From Desulfatiglandales bacterium (GTDB lineage Bacteria; Desulfobacterota; DSM-4660; Desulfatiglandales; HGW-15): a stretch of 64,000 nt of DNA. Shown piece after piece: positions 29,273 through 40,028 of the stretch. Where the stretch lies: positions 1,504,001 through 1,568,000 of the forward strand of contig CAXXJJ010000004.1 in NCBI GenBank assembly GCA_963667015.2, read 5' to 3'. The translations under genes were made by a program, and so were the position numbers. The notes under the pieces were generated by a model that was not told where the DNA came from, made no database searches, and was given only the letters and a program-made list of their open reading frames with translations. How positions within the stretch are numbered: position 1 is the stretch's first letter; each line of letters begins with the position of its first letter.

Positions 29273-31009
29273 ATGAAAAAAAAGACAACACCAAATAAAA
29301 TACCTGAACCGGTCTACACAGTACTTGATCCACGCAGCAGAGAACCTGAAGTCCGGTTCAGGGGCATAAACCCGCGCCCGGATAACCTGGACGGGAAAAG
29401 GGTTATCGTAGCCAACCTGCACGGGGGTAATGAAGAGATCATGGAATCCATTGCCGCTGACCTTAAGGCTGCAAAAGGTAAATGCGAGGTAATATATTAC
29501 CCTGTCAACGGCCGGTGGGATGACCTTGATCAGGAAGACTGGGACATGCTGCTTTCCGGTGATGCAGTCATTCTGGGCCATAACTACTGAGGCGGGGCCT
29601 CTCTGGCCATGAGCCGGGTCGCGGCTCAACTGGAAAAAAAGGGAATACCTGTGGTACTGGAATCCTTTAAAGATCCCGGTATCAATAAAACTGCAAAACT
29701 GAATTTCATGAGGGAAGGAATCCCTGCTGTACGCGAGGTATTGACTCCCCAGGATACTTCTCTTAAATCCCTGCCGGATGAATATACACAGCAATTCATT
29801 GATGCACTGACCTCTCCACTGCCAGAAGATGAGAAGGCCTCGGGGATCTATGAACCTCCCCGAAATGAAGGAATCTTTATGACAGGGACCTATGATGAAG
29901 TTCAAAGGGCCTTTGAAGGTGAACTTGCATCCCATCCAAGTATAGGCCCGATCGCAGAGATGACCGACGGCCTTCCGGTTACACCTCCCACCGAAAAAAG
30001 GGTTGCAGAAATGCTCAAGGGCACAAGCCATGATCCTGACGAACCGGTTGAATTTACAGGCTTCTGGAACAGTGCAAGATACCTGGCCACAGTGAAAAAG
30101 GTAGCTATCAATGCTGTAATGGCCGGATGCAGACCGGAATACATGCCTGTAGTACTTGCCATTGCCGAAGCCGGAGGATGTATTGGATACCCCGGTGACT
30201 CTTCCTTCGGACACATGTTTGTAGTAAGCGGTCCTATTGCCAGAGAAATCGGTATGAATTCGGGATTCTGTTTTCTTGCTCCGGGGAACCCAGCCAACAT
30301 GACCCTCCAGAGGGCAGCCACTCTGATCGGCATCAACCTGGGTGGTGCAATATTTGGAATTAATGTACTTGAACGCACCGGGCCGCTCCACTGGGGTACC
30401 ATATTTGCCGAGGATGAAAACACACCATGGGAAGGGTTAAATGAACATTTCGGTTTCAGGTCTGACGAGAGCATACTCCTCGCCTGGGAAGGCAAGGTCC
30501 AGCTTATTCCCTTTCAAAACATAGAGGTCAGATCAGCCGAAACACTTCTCGAAAACCAGGTCGGCACCCCTGAACATGCGGTAGCAGCGTTAAAGACAAT
30601 TACCAATACAAACGGGGCAATTCTTTCCCTCACACCCGACACTGCATGCTACTGGAAAGAGGAATACGGATTCAATACCATGGCGGCTCTCCAGGATTAC
30701 ATATATGAAAATGTTACCTGGAAGCAGAAAGTGTGGGCCAAAAATTACTGGATACATACACTTGGCAGAGGCCGTCAGTCAGGATATTTTACAGGAAGCA
30801 ATAACAGACCTGACCGTCCTTTCGACTATGAAGTGGATGAAAGATCGAGCACCGAACGCCTGAGCCGGCTTCCGGAAGATGCAGATGTACCAAAGCTTGT
30901 CAGCCCGAAAAGTGTTACAGTAATTGTTGCAGGCGGAACAGGAAACGCCTGGACCTGGGGAGGCGCCTATGGCAGACCCATTGCCTATTCAATAGATAAA
31001 TGGAGATGA
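29273..31009 (+). CDS. UGSC-family-related selenoprotein (U106, Y-U-G-G-A)
   Basis: ORFs 29273..29590 and 29609..31009 in frame across TGA 29588-29590; paralog of 10249..11955; hairpin UGAGCCG-GGUCG-CGGCUCA downstream. Confidence 0.85.
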
Positions 31010-31258
31010 AAAACTGTTCATGGTTTAAGGCTTATGTTCTACAGCTAAAACACAAATCCTGACAAACAGGTAAATCCTGAATTTTGGATATTGAACTTGA
31101 ATCACTATTTGTTCGCTATGAAGAACAACCCTTGACAATATTCCATCTGATGGGGTATGAGATTAAAAAACAGGATTAGACCGTTAATCACTCTTTTCAG
31201 ACTTTAAAACCCAGCGCCTTATTAAGGCAGGTCTGTTGAACTAACGGAGGATAAGACA

Positions 31259-32272
31259 ATAAAAAAGCCCACTTTGTTATTAATCCTTTTGATGTCGGTC
31301 TCCATTTTCATTCCTCATTCTGTGCCGACCGCGGCCCGGGAAAAGACACTCAAACTGTCACTGGTTAATTTTGTTCCTGATATCCCGCCAGGGGCAAACT
31401 GGGCACGTCTCTTCATCAGCAACATAGAAAAAATGTCAGAGGGCACTATCAAAATAAGACTGATGGGCCCGGAGGCCATCCCCTCTGCAGACGCCCCGGC
31501 AGCCGTAAAGAGAGGAACTGTTGATATGGCAAGCGCCCTGGCATCATTCTGCGATGCCCTTGTCCCTGCTTCAAGCACGATAGGCCGCGCAGAATACTCC
31601 CCAATGGAACTCCGTAACGGCCCTGCATTCAAATACTACCGGGAGCAATTCGCAAAGCAGGGTATTTATTATCTGGGGGCATCCCTGTCCTCCCTCCCGC
31701 AGGTACAGACTGTATTCTATCTCAGGAAAGACATTGATACACTCAAGAATATGGAAGGGCTCAAGATTGCATCAATGGGAGGCTCCAACAGGATGTTTAT
31801 CGAAAAGCTCAAGGCTGTCTGTGTGCCCATAGATTTTCCGGATTATTTTACATCCATGGAACGAGGCACTGTTGACGGCTACAACATCGGGATACCGGGG
31901 ATCCAGGACTTCAGTCTTACACCGGTTACAAAAGTCATGCTGGATGAGCCATTCAGTTCATGCGGGGGCATGATGATCATGAACATGGCAAAATACAAAA
32001 AACTCACTCCCGAACAGCAGGATATACTCAACAGGGCAATGATTCAGGCGGAGTTAGACGGGGCAAAGATGTTCACTGAGACTGTAGAAAAGGTGAAAAA
32101 GGATATTTCTGCTGCCGGAGTAAAAATTATCCGCCTCTCCCCTGCCGATTCAAAGGAGTTCTATATCAAATATCGAAACGCCATGTGGGAGGAAGACATG
32201 CAGAGGTGGCCGGACATTATCCCCCAGTTAAAGGAATGGCTTGTCAACCCTGCCTTTCCGAGAGCAAATTAA
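31259..32272 (+). CDS. dctP: TRAP transporter substrate-binding protein (DctP); apparent ATA start
   Basis: IEKMSEGTIKI, AVKRGTVDMA, SMERGTVDG; GGAGG 8 nt before an in-frame ATA. Confidence 0.85.
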   Translation: MKKPTLLLILLMSVSIFIPHSVPTAAREKTLKLSLVNFVPDIPPGANWARLFISNIEKMSEGTIKIRLMGPEAIPSADAPAAVKRGTVDMASALASFCDALVPASSTIGRAEYSPMELRNGPAFKYYREQFAKQGIYYLGASLSSLPQVQTVFYLRKDIDTLKNMEGLKIASMGGSNRMFIEKLKAVCVPIDFPDYFTSMERGTVDGYNIGIPGIQDFSLTPVTKVMLDEPFSSCGGMMIMNMAKYKKLTPEQQDILNRAMIQAELDGAKMFTETVEKVKKDISAAGVKIIRLSPADSKEFYIKYRNAMWEEDMQRWPDIIPQLKEWLVNPAFPRAN

Positions 32273-32296
32273 ATATCCATTTTGCAGAAGTAAAAT

Positions 32297-32848
32297 ATGA
32301 CAATCCTTCGTAAGGCAGAAATTATCTTTGATAAAATCATCAACGGCATGCTCACTGCAGCCGCGGCTATTGTAGTTCTGGATGCCCTGGCTGTTTCAGC
32401 GGACGTTATCTTGCGAAAGGCTGTCGGTTTTACCTGGGCACCGCTATATGAAATAATCACCTACAGTCTCCTCTGGATCACCTTTCTCGGAACAACGGCC
32501 ATCATGAGAATGAACGGTCATGTAAAAATGGACTCTCTCATGAGCCAGTTTTCTCCCAAAACGGCAGCACTCCTTAACACCATGAGCCACGGAGTATGTG
32601 TTATCATTGCAGGTATAATGCTGTTTTATACAATCAAACTTACAATAACTGATTATCAGACCAATTTTGTTCTGGCATCCATATTAAATCCGCCTAAATG
32701 GCCCATTGAAATCATCATTCCTGCTGGATTTTTTATGTTGTTTATTCAGCTCATCAGGAATACCAGGTCCTATTTTGACAGATACAGAGCTCTGTCCAGT
32801 AAGGCAACGCCTGCTGCGGGCAAGCAGGTACAGGGGAAAAGGGTTTAA
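32297..32848 (+). CDS. dctQ: TRAP transporter small permease
   Basis: DVILRK, EIITYSLLWITFLG, GHVKMD. Confidence 0.88.
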   Translation: MTILRKAEIIFDKIINGMLTAAAAIVVLDALAVSADVILRKAVGFTWAPLYEIITYSLLWITFLGTTAIMRMNGHVKMDSLMSQFSPKTAALLNTMSHGVCVIIAGIMLFYTIKLTITDYQTNFVLASILNPPKWPIEIIIPAGFFMLFIQLIRNTRSYFDRYRALSSKATPAAGKQVQGKRV

Positions 32849-32872
32849 TCGCGCATTTGACCGGAGGTTACC

Positions 32873-34183
32873 GTGGAGTGGTATCTGGCGTTACTGCTGA
32901 TGTTCGGGCTGCTGATTGTGCTCATGGCAACAGGCATGCCCATATCCTTTGCATTTATATTCATCTGCATCATCGGAGCATATCTTTTCTGGGGAGGTGA
33001 GGCAGGCCTTGAACAGCTTGCAATGAGCTTTTACAGCTCGGTGGCAAACTATAACTTTCTTCCCATCCCCCTCTTTGTACTCATGGGAGATATAGTTTTT
33101 GCCTCGGGAACCGGTACACGTCTAATAGATGCCATAGACCAGATACTGGGACGACTTCCCGGAAGACTGAGTCTCCTGGCCATCGGTTCCGGAGTTCTCC
33201 TTGGAACCATGATCGGTATAAGCGGAGGCTCGATCGGCATACTCGGCAAGGTCCTGGTGCCGGAGATGGATAAGCGGGGCTATGCAAAGACCATGACCCT
33301 TGGACCGATCGTTTCGAGCGGGACACTTGCTATCCTCATACCTCCTAGCGCACTTGCCGTTTTCCTGGGTGCTGTCGCCCAGGTGTCCATAGGCAAACTC
33401 CTTCTGGCAATCATCATGCCTGGCCTTATTGTTGCGGCCCTGTTCATAGGTTATATCATCATCCGCTGCACAGTTAACCCGGCCCTGGCCCCTGATTATG
33501 AAGTTCCTCATGTACCCATCTCACAAAAGATTAAAACAGGCCTTACCCAGATTGCTCCTATTGTACTGGTAATCTTTGCAGTTATAGGGAGTGTTTTTAC
33601 GGGGATAGCAACCCCGGGGGAATCGGCTGCACTTGGGGTTATCGCCTGCTACATTCTTGCTGCCATATACCGCAGGCTTACATGGAAGACAATCAGGATA
33701 TCTGCCCAGGATACAATCCATGTTACTGTAATGATCTTTTTCATTGTCGTCGGTTCAATATGTTTCAGCCGTATCCTGGCGACTACCGGGGCTATTTACG
33801 AACTCATTGACTGGACAACGGGACTAGAAGTTCACCCCATCATGCTCATTGTTGCAACCCAGCTGATACTTTTCTTCCTCGGGGCATTCATGGATCCTGC
33901 AAGTATCGTCATGATAACAACCCCGGTATTTTTTCCTCTTGTAAAAACCCTGGGCTACGATACATTGTGGTTCGCAGTTATATCACTGATGAATATTCAG
34001 CTTGGCCTTATCAGCCCGCCCTTCGGCCTGGATTGTTTTACCATGAAGGCCATTGCGCCTATGGATGTAACTCTGGGGGATGTCTTCAGATCTTCCCTGC
34101 CATTCATGCTCCTCGGCTTCCTGTCAATGGCCATGGTCATGATATTCCCGCAGATAGGGCTCTGGCTGCCCAATTTGATGTAG
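32873..34183 (+). CDS. dctM: TRAP transporter large permease
   Basis: PIPLFVLMG, GTLAILIPPS, GIATPGESAA, ISPPFG, WLP. Confidence 0.92.
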   Translation: MEWYLALLLMFGLLIVLMATGMPISFAFIFICIIGAYLFWGGEAGLEQLAMSFYSSVANYNFLPIPLFVLMGDIVFASGTGTRLIDAIDQILGRLPGRLSLLAIGSGVLLGTMIGISGGSIGILGKVLVPEMDKRGYAKTMTLGPIVSSGTLAILIPPSALAVFLGAVAQVSIGKLLLAIIMPGLIVAALFIGYIIIRCTVNPALAPDYEVPHVPISQKIKTGLTQIAPIVLVIFAVIGSVFTGIATPGESAALGVIACYILAAIYRRLTWKTIRISAQDTIHVTVMIFFIVVGSICFSRILATTGAIYELIDWTTGLEVHPIMLIVATQLILFFLGAFMDPASIVMITTPVFFPLVKTLGYDTLWFAVISLMNIQLGLISPPFGLDCFTMKAIAPMDVTLGDVFRSSLPFMLLGFLSMAMVMIFPQIGLWLPNLM

Positions 34184-34194
34184 GGACAGATTGC

Positions 34195-34581
34195 TTATTT
34201 TATCTTCATGGAAGGATATTTCCTCTGAACCTCATCGTGATACAGGTAGGGCTTATCAGAGTCCATCTCAATTGTTATAAAGCTTCCGATATTGGCACTC
34301 AGTACGGCAGGGATAGACGAAGATGATACCCATCTGTCATCTTTGAGGTAAAAATAAAGACCCGTTTTTATATCATAATAAATATTTTTTGATGGGTAAT
34401 ACCTGTAGATATTTTCTGCAAGATTGCTATTTGCCGTGGATCCGGATGGAAGAATCTGTTTTTCATGTAAAAAAACCTTACCCTGAACCACTTGCCCCCT
34501 ATTACCATATTCTGAATAACAACCGGACAAGAATACAAAAACTGAGCAAACTACTGCTATTACAGCAAATCTCTTCACCAT
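34195..34581 (-). CDS. Lipoprotein
   Basis: LSGC lipobox; YRYYPSKNIYYD...YFY. Confidence 0.8.
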   Translation of the reverse strand: MVKRFAVIAVVCSVFVFLSGCYSEYGNRGQVVQGKVFLHEKQILPSGSTANSNLAENIYRYYPSKNIYYDIKTGLYFYLKDDRWVSSSSIPAVLSANIGSFITIEMDSDKPYLYHDEVQRKYPSMKIK

Positions 34582-34722
34582 ACTAAACCCCTCCCGGAAA
34601 GAAGAGTAATATACCTGTTAGGTTATTTTCAACATATATTTTACTTTTTCGATATTTAATTTAATATTAGAGCAATAAACCGAAAGCCATTGACTATAAA
34701 CAGATATAAAAAAGGTGATTAT

Positions 34723-35031
34723 ATGAAACTGCCGGAAAATCAAATCCAGTACATTGACCGTCTCGATCTCACAGAAACATTTGCGAATTCTATGGGCAAA
34801 TGTTTTTTTACTGAAGGAGTGGCAAATATAGAGCTGTGTGTAACCCGCCTCGATAAACCCGACCCGCCTAATCCTCCGACAGGCAAAAGATATCCTGCCT
34901 GCCGTCTGGTCTTGACTCCACAGGCTGTAATTCAATTATTTCAGGGGTTAAATGCCATTATGGGGGCAATGGAAAAGGAAGGCATAATAAAAACCAATCC
35001 AAAATCAAATCCAAATGAAACACAACACTAA
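34723..35031 (+). CDS. Hypothetical protein
   Basis: AAGGTG RBS; ETFANS...IELCVTR...ACRLVLTP. Confidence 0.75.
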   Translation: MKLPENQIQYIDRLDLTETFANSMGKCFFTEGVANIELCVTRLDKPDPPNPPTGKRYPACRLVLTPQAVIQLFQGLNAIMGAMEKEGIIKTNPKSNPNETQH

Positions 35032-35109
35032 ATTAGAGTGTGTTGTTGATTGTCTGATGCCTTTTGTTTATAGCTTAAAGGCAGAACAGAAAACAGGAGA
35101 CTGAAAACC

Positions 35110-35304
35110 ATGAATCCGAAATATAGAAAAGATATAAAAACCGGCGACCATGTAAAGGTTGTACAAAAGCAGGATCAAAAAACAGGAAAATTAACTGAAG
35201 GGATAGTAAAGGATATCCTCACAAATTCCGCATCACACCCCCATGGGATAAAAGTAAGGCTTGAGAGTGGAATAGTCGGAAGGGTTAAGGAAATTAATGA
35301 ATAA
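35110..35304 (+). CDS. YwbE family protein
   Basis: KQDQKTGKLTEGIVKDILTNSASHPHGIKVRLESGIVGRV. Confidence 0.9.
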   Translation: MNPKYRKDIKTGDHVKVVQKQDQKTGKLTEGIVKDILTNSASHPHGIKVRLESGIVGRVKEINE

Positions 35305-35543
35305 ATTACCGGTTTGGATCAAGGTCAATTTCAAACTTAATGAGTTTTCAGGCGACCATTTACAGGTTTCTCTTATAGCATGAATTTCTATCTTGAATTT
35401 TGAATCTTTATCTATTTTCTTCTACCAAAAGTGAAAAATAATATTGTATAATTAGTCTGTTTTTAAAAGGAGCAATTCCTTTGATGATTTATACACCTGT
35501 TTCAAGACTGGTTTTGACAAACTGAACCAAAGGGAGAAAAGCT

Positions 35544-35663
35544 ATGGGCAAAGCAAGAGACACACAAAAAACGGTTAAAAAGAAATCAGAAAAAACCCTT
35601 AAGGAAAAGAGGTTAGATAAAAAAGCCAAAAAATCTCAGAAAAAACTCAACGATTCCTACTAA
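35544..35663 (+). CDS. 39-aa Lys-rich small protein (not in the ORF track)
   Basis: GGGAG RBS; MGKARDTQKTVKKKSEKTLKEKRLDKKAKKSQKKLNDSY. Confidence 0.6.
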   Translation: MGKARDTQKTVKKKSEKTLKEKRLDKKAKKSQKKLNDSY

Positions 35664-35862
35664 AATCTTTAACAGTAACTTTTCAAGATATTTAATCAAA
35701 AAGGAGTGCGTTTCCTGTAGGCTGGGCACTCCTTTTTCAATTTTTAATGATCCATGATCATTGCATGATAAAAGAGAATTAATGGTTATGGGAGAATACA
35801 CCTGACATTGAGTACAATAATCAATCGTAAATTTTGAATCTTGAACCTTGAAATCAAAAAAA

Positions 35863-37221
35863 TCAATCCACACTGGCCAGCTTTCCCTGCTTTGTTAGAG
35901 AGGCGTAAAGGGTTTCAAGGTCTCTTTTTGCCAGGAAAAATCTTTCCAGTTCTTCCCCCTTAAGGATTCTGCCCGGTGGAGTCTTTATGGAGGAAGGGTT
36001 TATGTTCTTATTTCTGTGAAGAACCTCATAGTGAAGATGAGGCCCGGTTGAGACACCGGTGGAACCGACATAACCTATAATCTGTCCCTGTCTGACCCTG
36101 ACGCCTTTTCGAATACCCCTGGCAAACCTGCTCAAGTGGCCATAGGCGGTCTTATACTCATTTGCATGACGGATGCGTATATATTTTCCATAGCCGCCTT
36201 TTCTCCCTGAATAATCTACAACACCGTCTCCGGCAGACATTATGGGTGTCCCGGTGGGCGCAGCAAAATCCAGGCCTTTATGCATACGGCTATAGCCAAG
36301 TACCGGGTGACGTCGCATACCGTAGCGGGAACTCAATCTTGCTCCGTCAATGGGCGTTATCATAAGAGTCTTACGAACCGACTGCCCCTCTTCATTAAAT
36401 AAATCGACCTCTCCGTCAGATGTCTCATATCTGTATATGGGGAGGGTCCGACCGCTGGTGTTGAGGGATGCATACAATATTGCCCCGCCGCTGACAAAAT
36501 TTCCATTTTCGTCCAGCATCTTCTCATACAGGGTCTCAAACCTATCCCCCGGTCGGATATCCCTCTGAAAATCCACGTCATAGGAATATGCCCTTATCAT
36601 CTGAATCAGGACTTCAACGGGCATACCTGCTTTTATCGCCGCATTGTAGAGGCTCAGGCATATTTCGGCCCTGGCCAGTACCGGCCTTTTATCGAGTTCA
36701 TATAATATTTCTTTGGAAACAAAACCATTTTCCGGGGCACGGATCACCTGAACCTCACTGGTTACATCCAGCCTGAGATTAAGGCTATGAAATAAGGAAT
36801 CACCATTGTCAGCAATCTCAAAGGCAAGTGTAACCTCCTGCCCTTTACGTAATTGCCTTGGGTTGAACAAATCTTTTAGACTGTTTATAACCATGCTGGC
36901 AGTTCCCCGATCAAGGCCCTCATGTACCAGCAGCTCTATCAGAGTGTCTCCTGAGGAAACTGTAATGGTTCTCTTTTCGATCTCGGGTTCAGGTAATTCA
37001 GGCACAGCGGGTTCTATGTTTTCATGAACAGATGGTTCCATGGGAGGAGATTCTACCAGTTCTGCGGTTTCCTGTTCACTGAACAGGTTCAGGTTGAAAC
37101 AGGAAAGGGAGAGAAGAAACAGGACGGCAATAAAAAAGGTCAGGAACCACAGGATCTTTCTTTTACCCTTTCTCAAATTGCTGCGCAAACCCTCTATAGA
37201 TGGAGCGTGATCAATAAGCAT
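35863..37221 (-). CDS. M23 family peptidoglycan DD-metalloendopeptidase (MepM-like)
   Basis: HKGLDFAAPTG, TAYGHL, STGPHLHYE. Confidence 0.92.
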   Translation of the reverse strand: MLIDHAPSIEGLRSNLRKGKRKILWFLTFFIAVLFLLSLSCFNLNLFSEQETAELVESPPMEPSVHENIEPAVPELPEPEIEKRTITVSSGDTLIELLVHEGLDRGTASMVINSLKDLFNPRQLRKGQEVTLAFEIADNGDSLFHSLNLRLDVTSEVQVIRAPENGFVSKEILYELDKRPVLARAEICLSLYNAAIKAGMPVEVLIQMIRAYSYDVDFQRDIRPGDRFETLYEKMLDENGNFVSGGAILYASLNTSGRTLPIYRYETSDGEVDLFNEEGQSVRKTLMITPIDGARLSSRYGMRRHPVLGYSRMHKGLDFAAPTGTPIMSAGDGVVDYSGRKGGYGKYIRIRHANEYKTAYGHLSRFARGIRKGVRVRQGQIIGYVGSTGVSTGPHLHYEVLHRNKNINPSSIKTPPGRILKGEELERFFLAKRDLETLYASLTKQGKLASVD

Positions 37222-37535
37222 ACAGGAGCCTTTCGGAGAAAATCTCTGTCTGTCTAATACAAATTGGCGGAATTGTAAATAAAAAGATCCTCACTGCAAA
37301 TCCTGACCTGTAGAAGAGGATTCGGGAGAAAATGCAACCGGTATACTATGTGTTCGCTAATTTATTGACACAAAAAAACATCTTACATATATTTAATATC
37401 TGATTTATTCGGCAAACCATCCTCAAAATATTTTCGATTTTTGCATACAAAAGAAATATTAGCTTTAAGGTAGTTGAGTTCATAACAGTTCTTTAACAGT
37501 GAATTTAAAAAACAATTTCATTAAAGGAGGAACCA

Positions 37536-38090
37536 ATGACCGATGAGAAGCAGATTAACCGACGTGATTTTATCCAGAATGTATCGACAGGGGCGGCAGG
37601 TATAGCCTTTGCCAGTATCCTGTCTACATTAGCTGTACCCTCTCCGGCTAATGCTCAGAAACCGGACTACTACGATAAAATGGACATGAGTAAACTGGGA
37701 AATGCGGTGAGAGAGCCTGGTGTGGTAGAATTCAAGCCATGGCAGTCTATACACGATACGATAACCTCCCCCATGATCACGGCATGGGGTTCGGGAGATA
37801 TTCCCAACTCCAGGCTTGCAATAGGATTTGCATATATAACCGAGCCTGACACCCTTGGCGGCAGCACTCATTCCCACGAGGATCATGACCAGTGGATATT
37901 CCTGATCGGAGGTGATGGAAAAAATTTCCTTGAATTTGATGCGGATTGTGAAATGCTACTGGGGGACAAGGTCAGAAAAATCAACTATTCATGTTATTTC
38001 TTCATTCCCAAGGGCACTCCTCACTGTCCGTTAGTCATAAAACGCGTTGGTAAACCCATTATTTTTATCGATGCCAGGATCAATGAATAA
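37536..38090 (+). CDS. Tat-exported cupin-like protein
   Basis: NRRDFIQ Tat motif; HSHEDHDQ...FIPKGTPHCPL. Confidence 0.8.
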   Translation: MTDEKQINRRDFIQNVSTGAAGIAFASILSTLAVPSPANAQKPDYYDKMDMSKLGNAVREPGVVEFKPWQSIHDTITSPMITAWGSGDIPNSRLAIGFAYITEPDTLGGSTHSHEDHDQWIFLIGGDGKNFLEFDADCEMLLGDKVRKINYSCYFFIPKGTPHCPLVIKRVGKPIIFIDARINE

Positions 38091-38235
38091 ACCTTTTCGA
38101 TGCAGACAGGACTGGATTTTTTATAAAAAATGACATATAGATAAGCATTCCCAGTGGGGAATAGCTCTTTTGAGGCAAGAAGAGGGCGATAAACACACTA
38201 AAAAAGTAAAAATTGGTATAATAAGGAGGATTTTA

Positions 38236-39099
38236 ATGAATTTTTTCAGGTTCACACTATTTTTTCTACTTCTATGTTTTGTTTTTCCACTGGCCTCAAG
38301 TGCTGATCAGCTTGAGGATGCTAAAACAGCTATAAAAAATGAAGATTTTAAAAAGGCCTTTGAATTGCTGAGCCCTTTGGCTGAAGAGGAAAACGCAGAG
38401 GCCCAAACCAATCTGGGTGCCATGTATGTGAATGGACAGGGGGTTGAAAAGGATTTCAACAAAGGTATGGCATTGATAATGAAGGCCGCATCTCAGGACT
38501 ATAAGCCGGCGAAATTAAGTGCATTCAAACTGTGTATTGACCTTGCAAATCAGGGTGATATTTCGGCAATGTATAATGTGGGTTATATGTGCTTTAAAGA
38601 CTGGGGAGGAGAACATGATAATGATGTCTGCCTGAGCTGGATGGAAAATGCCGCAAGACTGGGCCATGAAAAATCATCCAAGATACTTACCAGTATTTAT
38701 GAAAATGGCAAATTCGGCGTAGCTCCTGATGCAGAAAAGGCCGCTTACTGGAATAACCTGTCAGAAGCTTTTGCCAGCGGCATTGATGGCAAATGGACGG
38801 CATCAATCTCCATGGGTCCGAATGGCCCTCCAATGGAGGTTATATATAATTTCAAGACAGAAGGAGATAAACTGACAGGCACAACCCTTGGCGGCGGCAA
38901 AGAATCGGAGATAAAAGAGGGTAAAATCGATGGAAATGATTTTTCCTTCAAAATTATCTCTTTAAACATGGGAAATAAAAGCACATTCAAGTATAACGGA
39001 TTATTCAGAGGAGATACTCTAAAAATTACCATGATATCTGATTTTGGTTTTAAAGGCCCCTCTCAACCTATGACATTCGATGCCAAACGTGCTGAATAA
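38236..39099 (+). CDS. Secreted SEL1-repeat protein with C-terminal beta domain
   Basis: AEAQTNLGAMYVNGQGVEKD; C-terminus resembles 3165..3545. Confidence 0.88.
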   Translation: MNFFRFTLFFLLLCFVFPLASSADQLEDAKTAIKNEDFKKAFELLSPLAEEENAEAQTNLGAMYVNGQGVEKDFNKGMALIMKAASQDYKPAKLSAFKLCIDLANQGDISAMYNVGYMCFKDWGGEHDNDVCLSWMENAARLGHEKSSKILTSIYENGKFGVAPDAEKAAYWNNLSEAFASGIDGKWTASISMGPNGPPMEVIYNFKTEGDKLTGTTLGGGKESEIKEGKIDGNDFSFKIISLNMGNKSTFKYNGLFRGDTLKITMISDFGFKGPSQPMTFDAKRAE

Positions 39100-39318
39100 A
39101 AGCATAACGATTTTAGCTGGTAACCGGTTAATTGAAGACAGGCTGTCAGGCTGTTAAACCGGAAACTGAGAGCCCCGATCAAAAACAATGGCAAAGGATC
39201 AATTTTCCTGTTGATCCTTTGCCCCTTAAGCTTGGCTTTAAACCCCATTCCGGCTTTTAAAAAACCTTTCATGATTCATATTATACCCGCCATGCATTAC
39301 CCACAGGAGGAATCAAGA

Positions 39319-39813
39319 ATGGAAATAACATATGAAAGTATAAAAAATTGGTTTGAGAACTACTTTGATGATATATGCAAATATCAGGGTAATCTTGATA
39401 CAGTCCCAAGACTTAAAATATTTTTCACTCCAGATCTTAAATTAACCATGTATACGCCTCCATCACCTCAACCCAAAAAAACAATGACCCGGGATGAACT
39501 TCTTATATCTTTTATTCACCCTGGCCTCCAGGAAGACCTCATACCTCATTATTATTCAATTGATGTCAATCAATTAATTGTTGTTGTACAATTTGAGATA
39601 CGCTTCAAGGATAAACCTTCGGGGAAAACATGGGAACCTCTTCAGGCGAGCGCACATTATCATTTAACAGTCGAAGATAATAAAGATTTAAAAATTCGAA
39701 AAATTCACTACTGGACCGAACCCCTTCCAGGCGATTTATTTGAATACTGGTCAAGGCACAGGGATGAGGCTTTAAGGGATTGTGCTATGGAATATATCAA
39801 TTCGAATCGTTAA
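39319..39813 (+). CDS. NTF2/SnoaL-like hypothetical protein
   Basis: AGGAGG RBS before ATG 39319; FFTPDL...YHLTV...LKIRKI pattern. Confidence 0.7.
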   Translation: MEITYESIKNWFENYFDDICKYQGNLDTVPRLKIFFTPDLKLTMYTPPSPQPKKTMTRDELLISFIHPGLQEDLIPHYYSIDVNQLIVVVQFEIRFKDKPSGKTWEPLQASAHYHLTVEDNKDLKIRKIHYWTEPLPGDLFEYWSRHRDEALRDCAMEYINSNR

Positions 39814-40028
39814 TCCGGTAATACTGTAGATTCCTTTAAAGAGATAAATAATTAGTAAAAATTTTATTTTAAGAAACAGAAAAATTTTAATTATGCTTAA
39901 TTATATATATATTATATTAATAGTCAACTAATATAACTTATATTACATATATAATATATATAAAAAAACAGGATATTGTTCAGATTCAACTGCACAATAT
40001 CCTGTTGTATTTGATATAAAACTAATGA

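Noticed and set aside
29213..30391. 392-aa minus-strand ORF
   Set aside because: Antisense shadow of the UGSC-like gene; no recognisable motifs
35613..35873. 86-aa minus-strand ORF
   Set aside because: No RBS or motif, and it overlaps the more plausible small basic gene
37405..37450. c-di-GMP-I riboswitch (GGCAAACC)
   Set aside because: The GNRA stem and GCAAAG/P2 elements are missing
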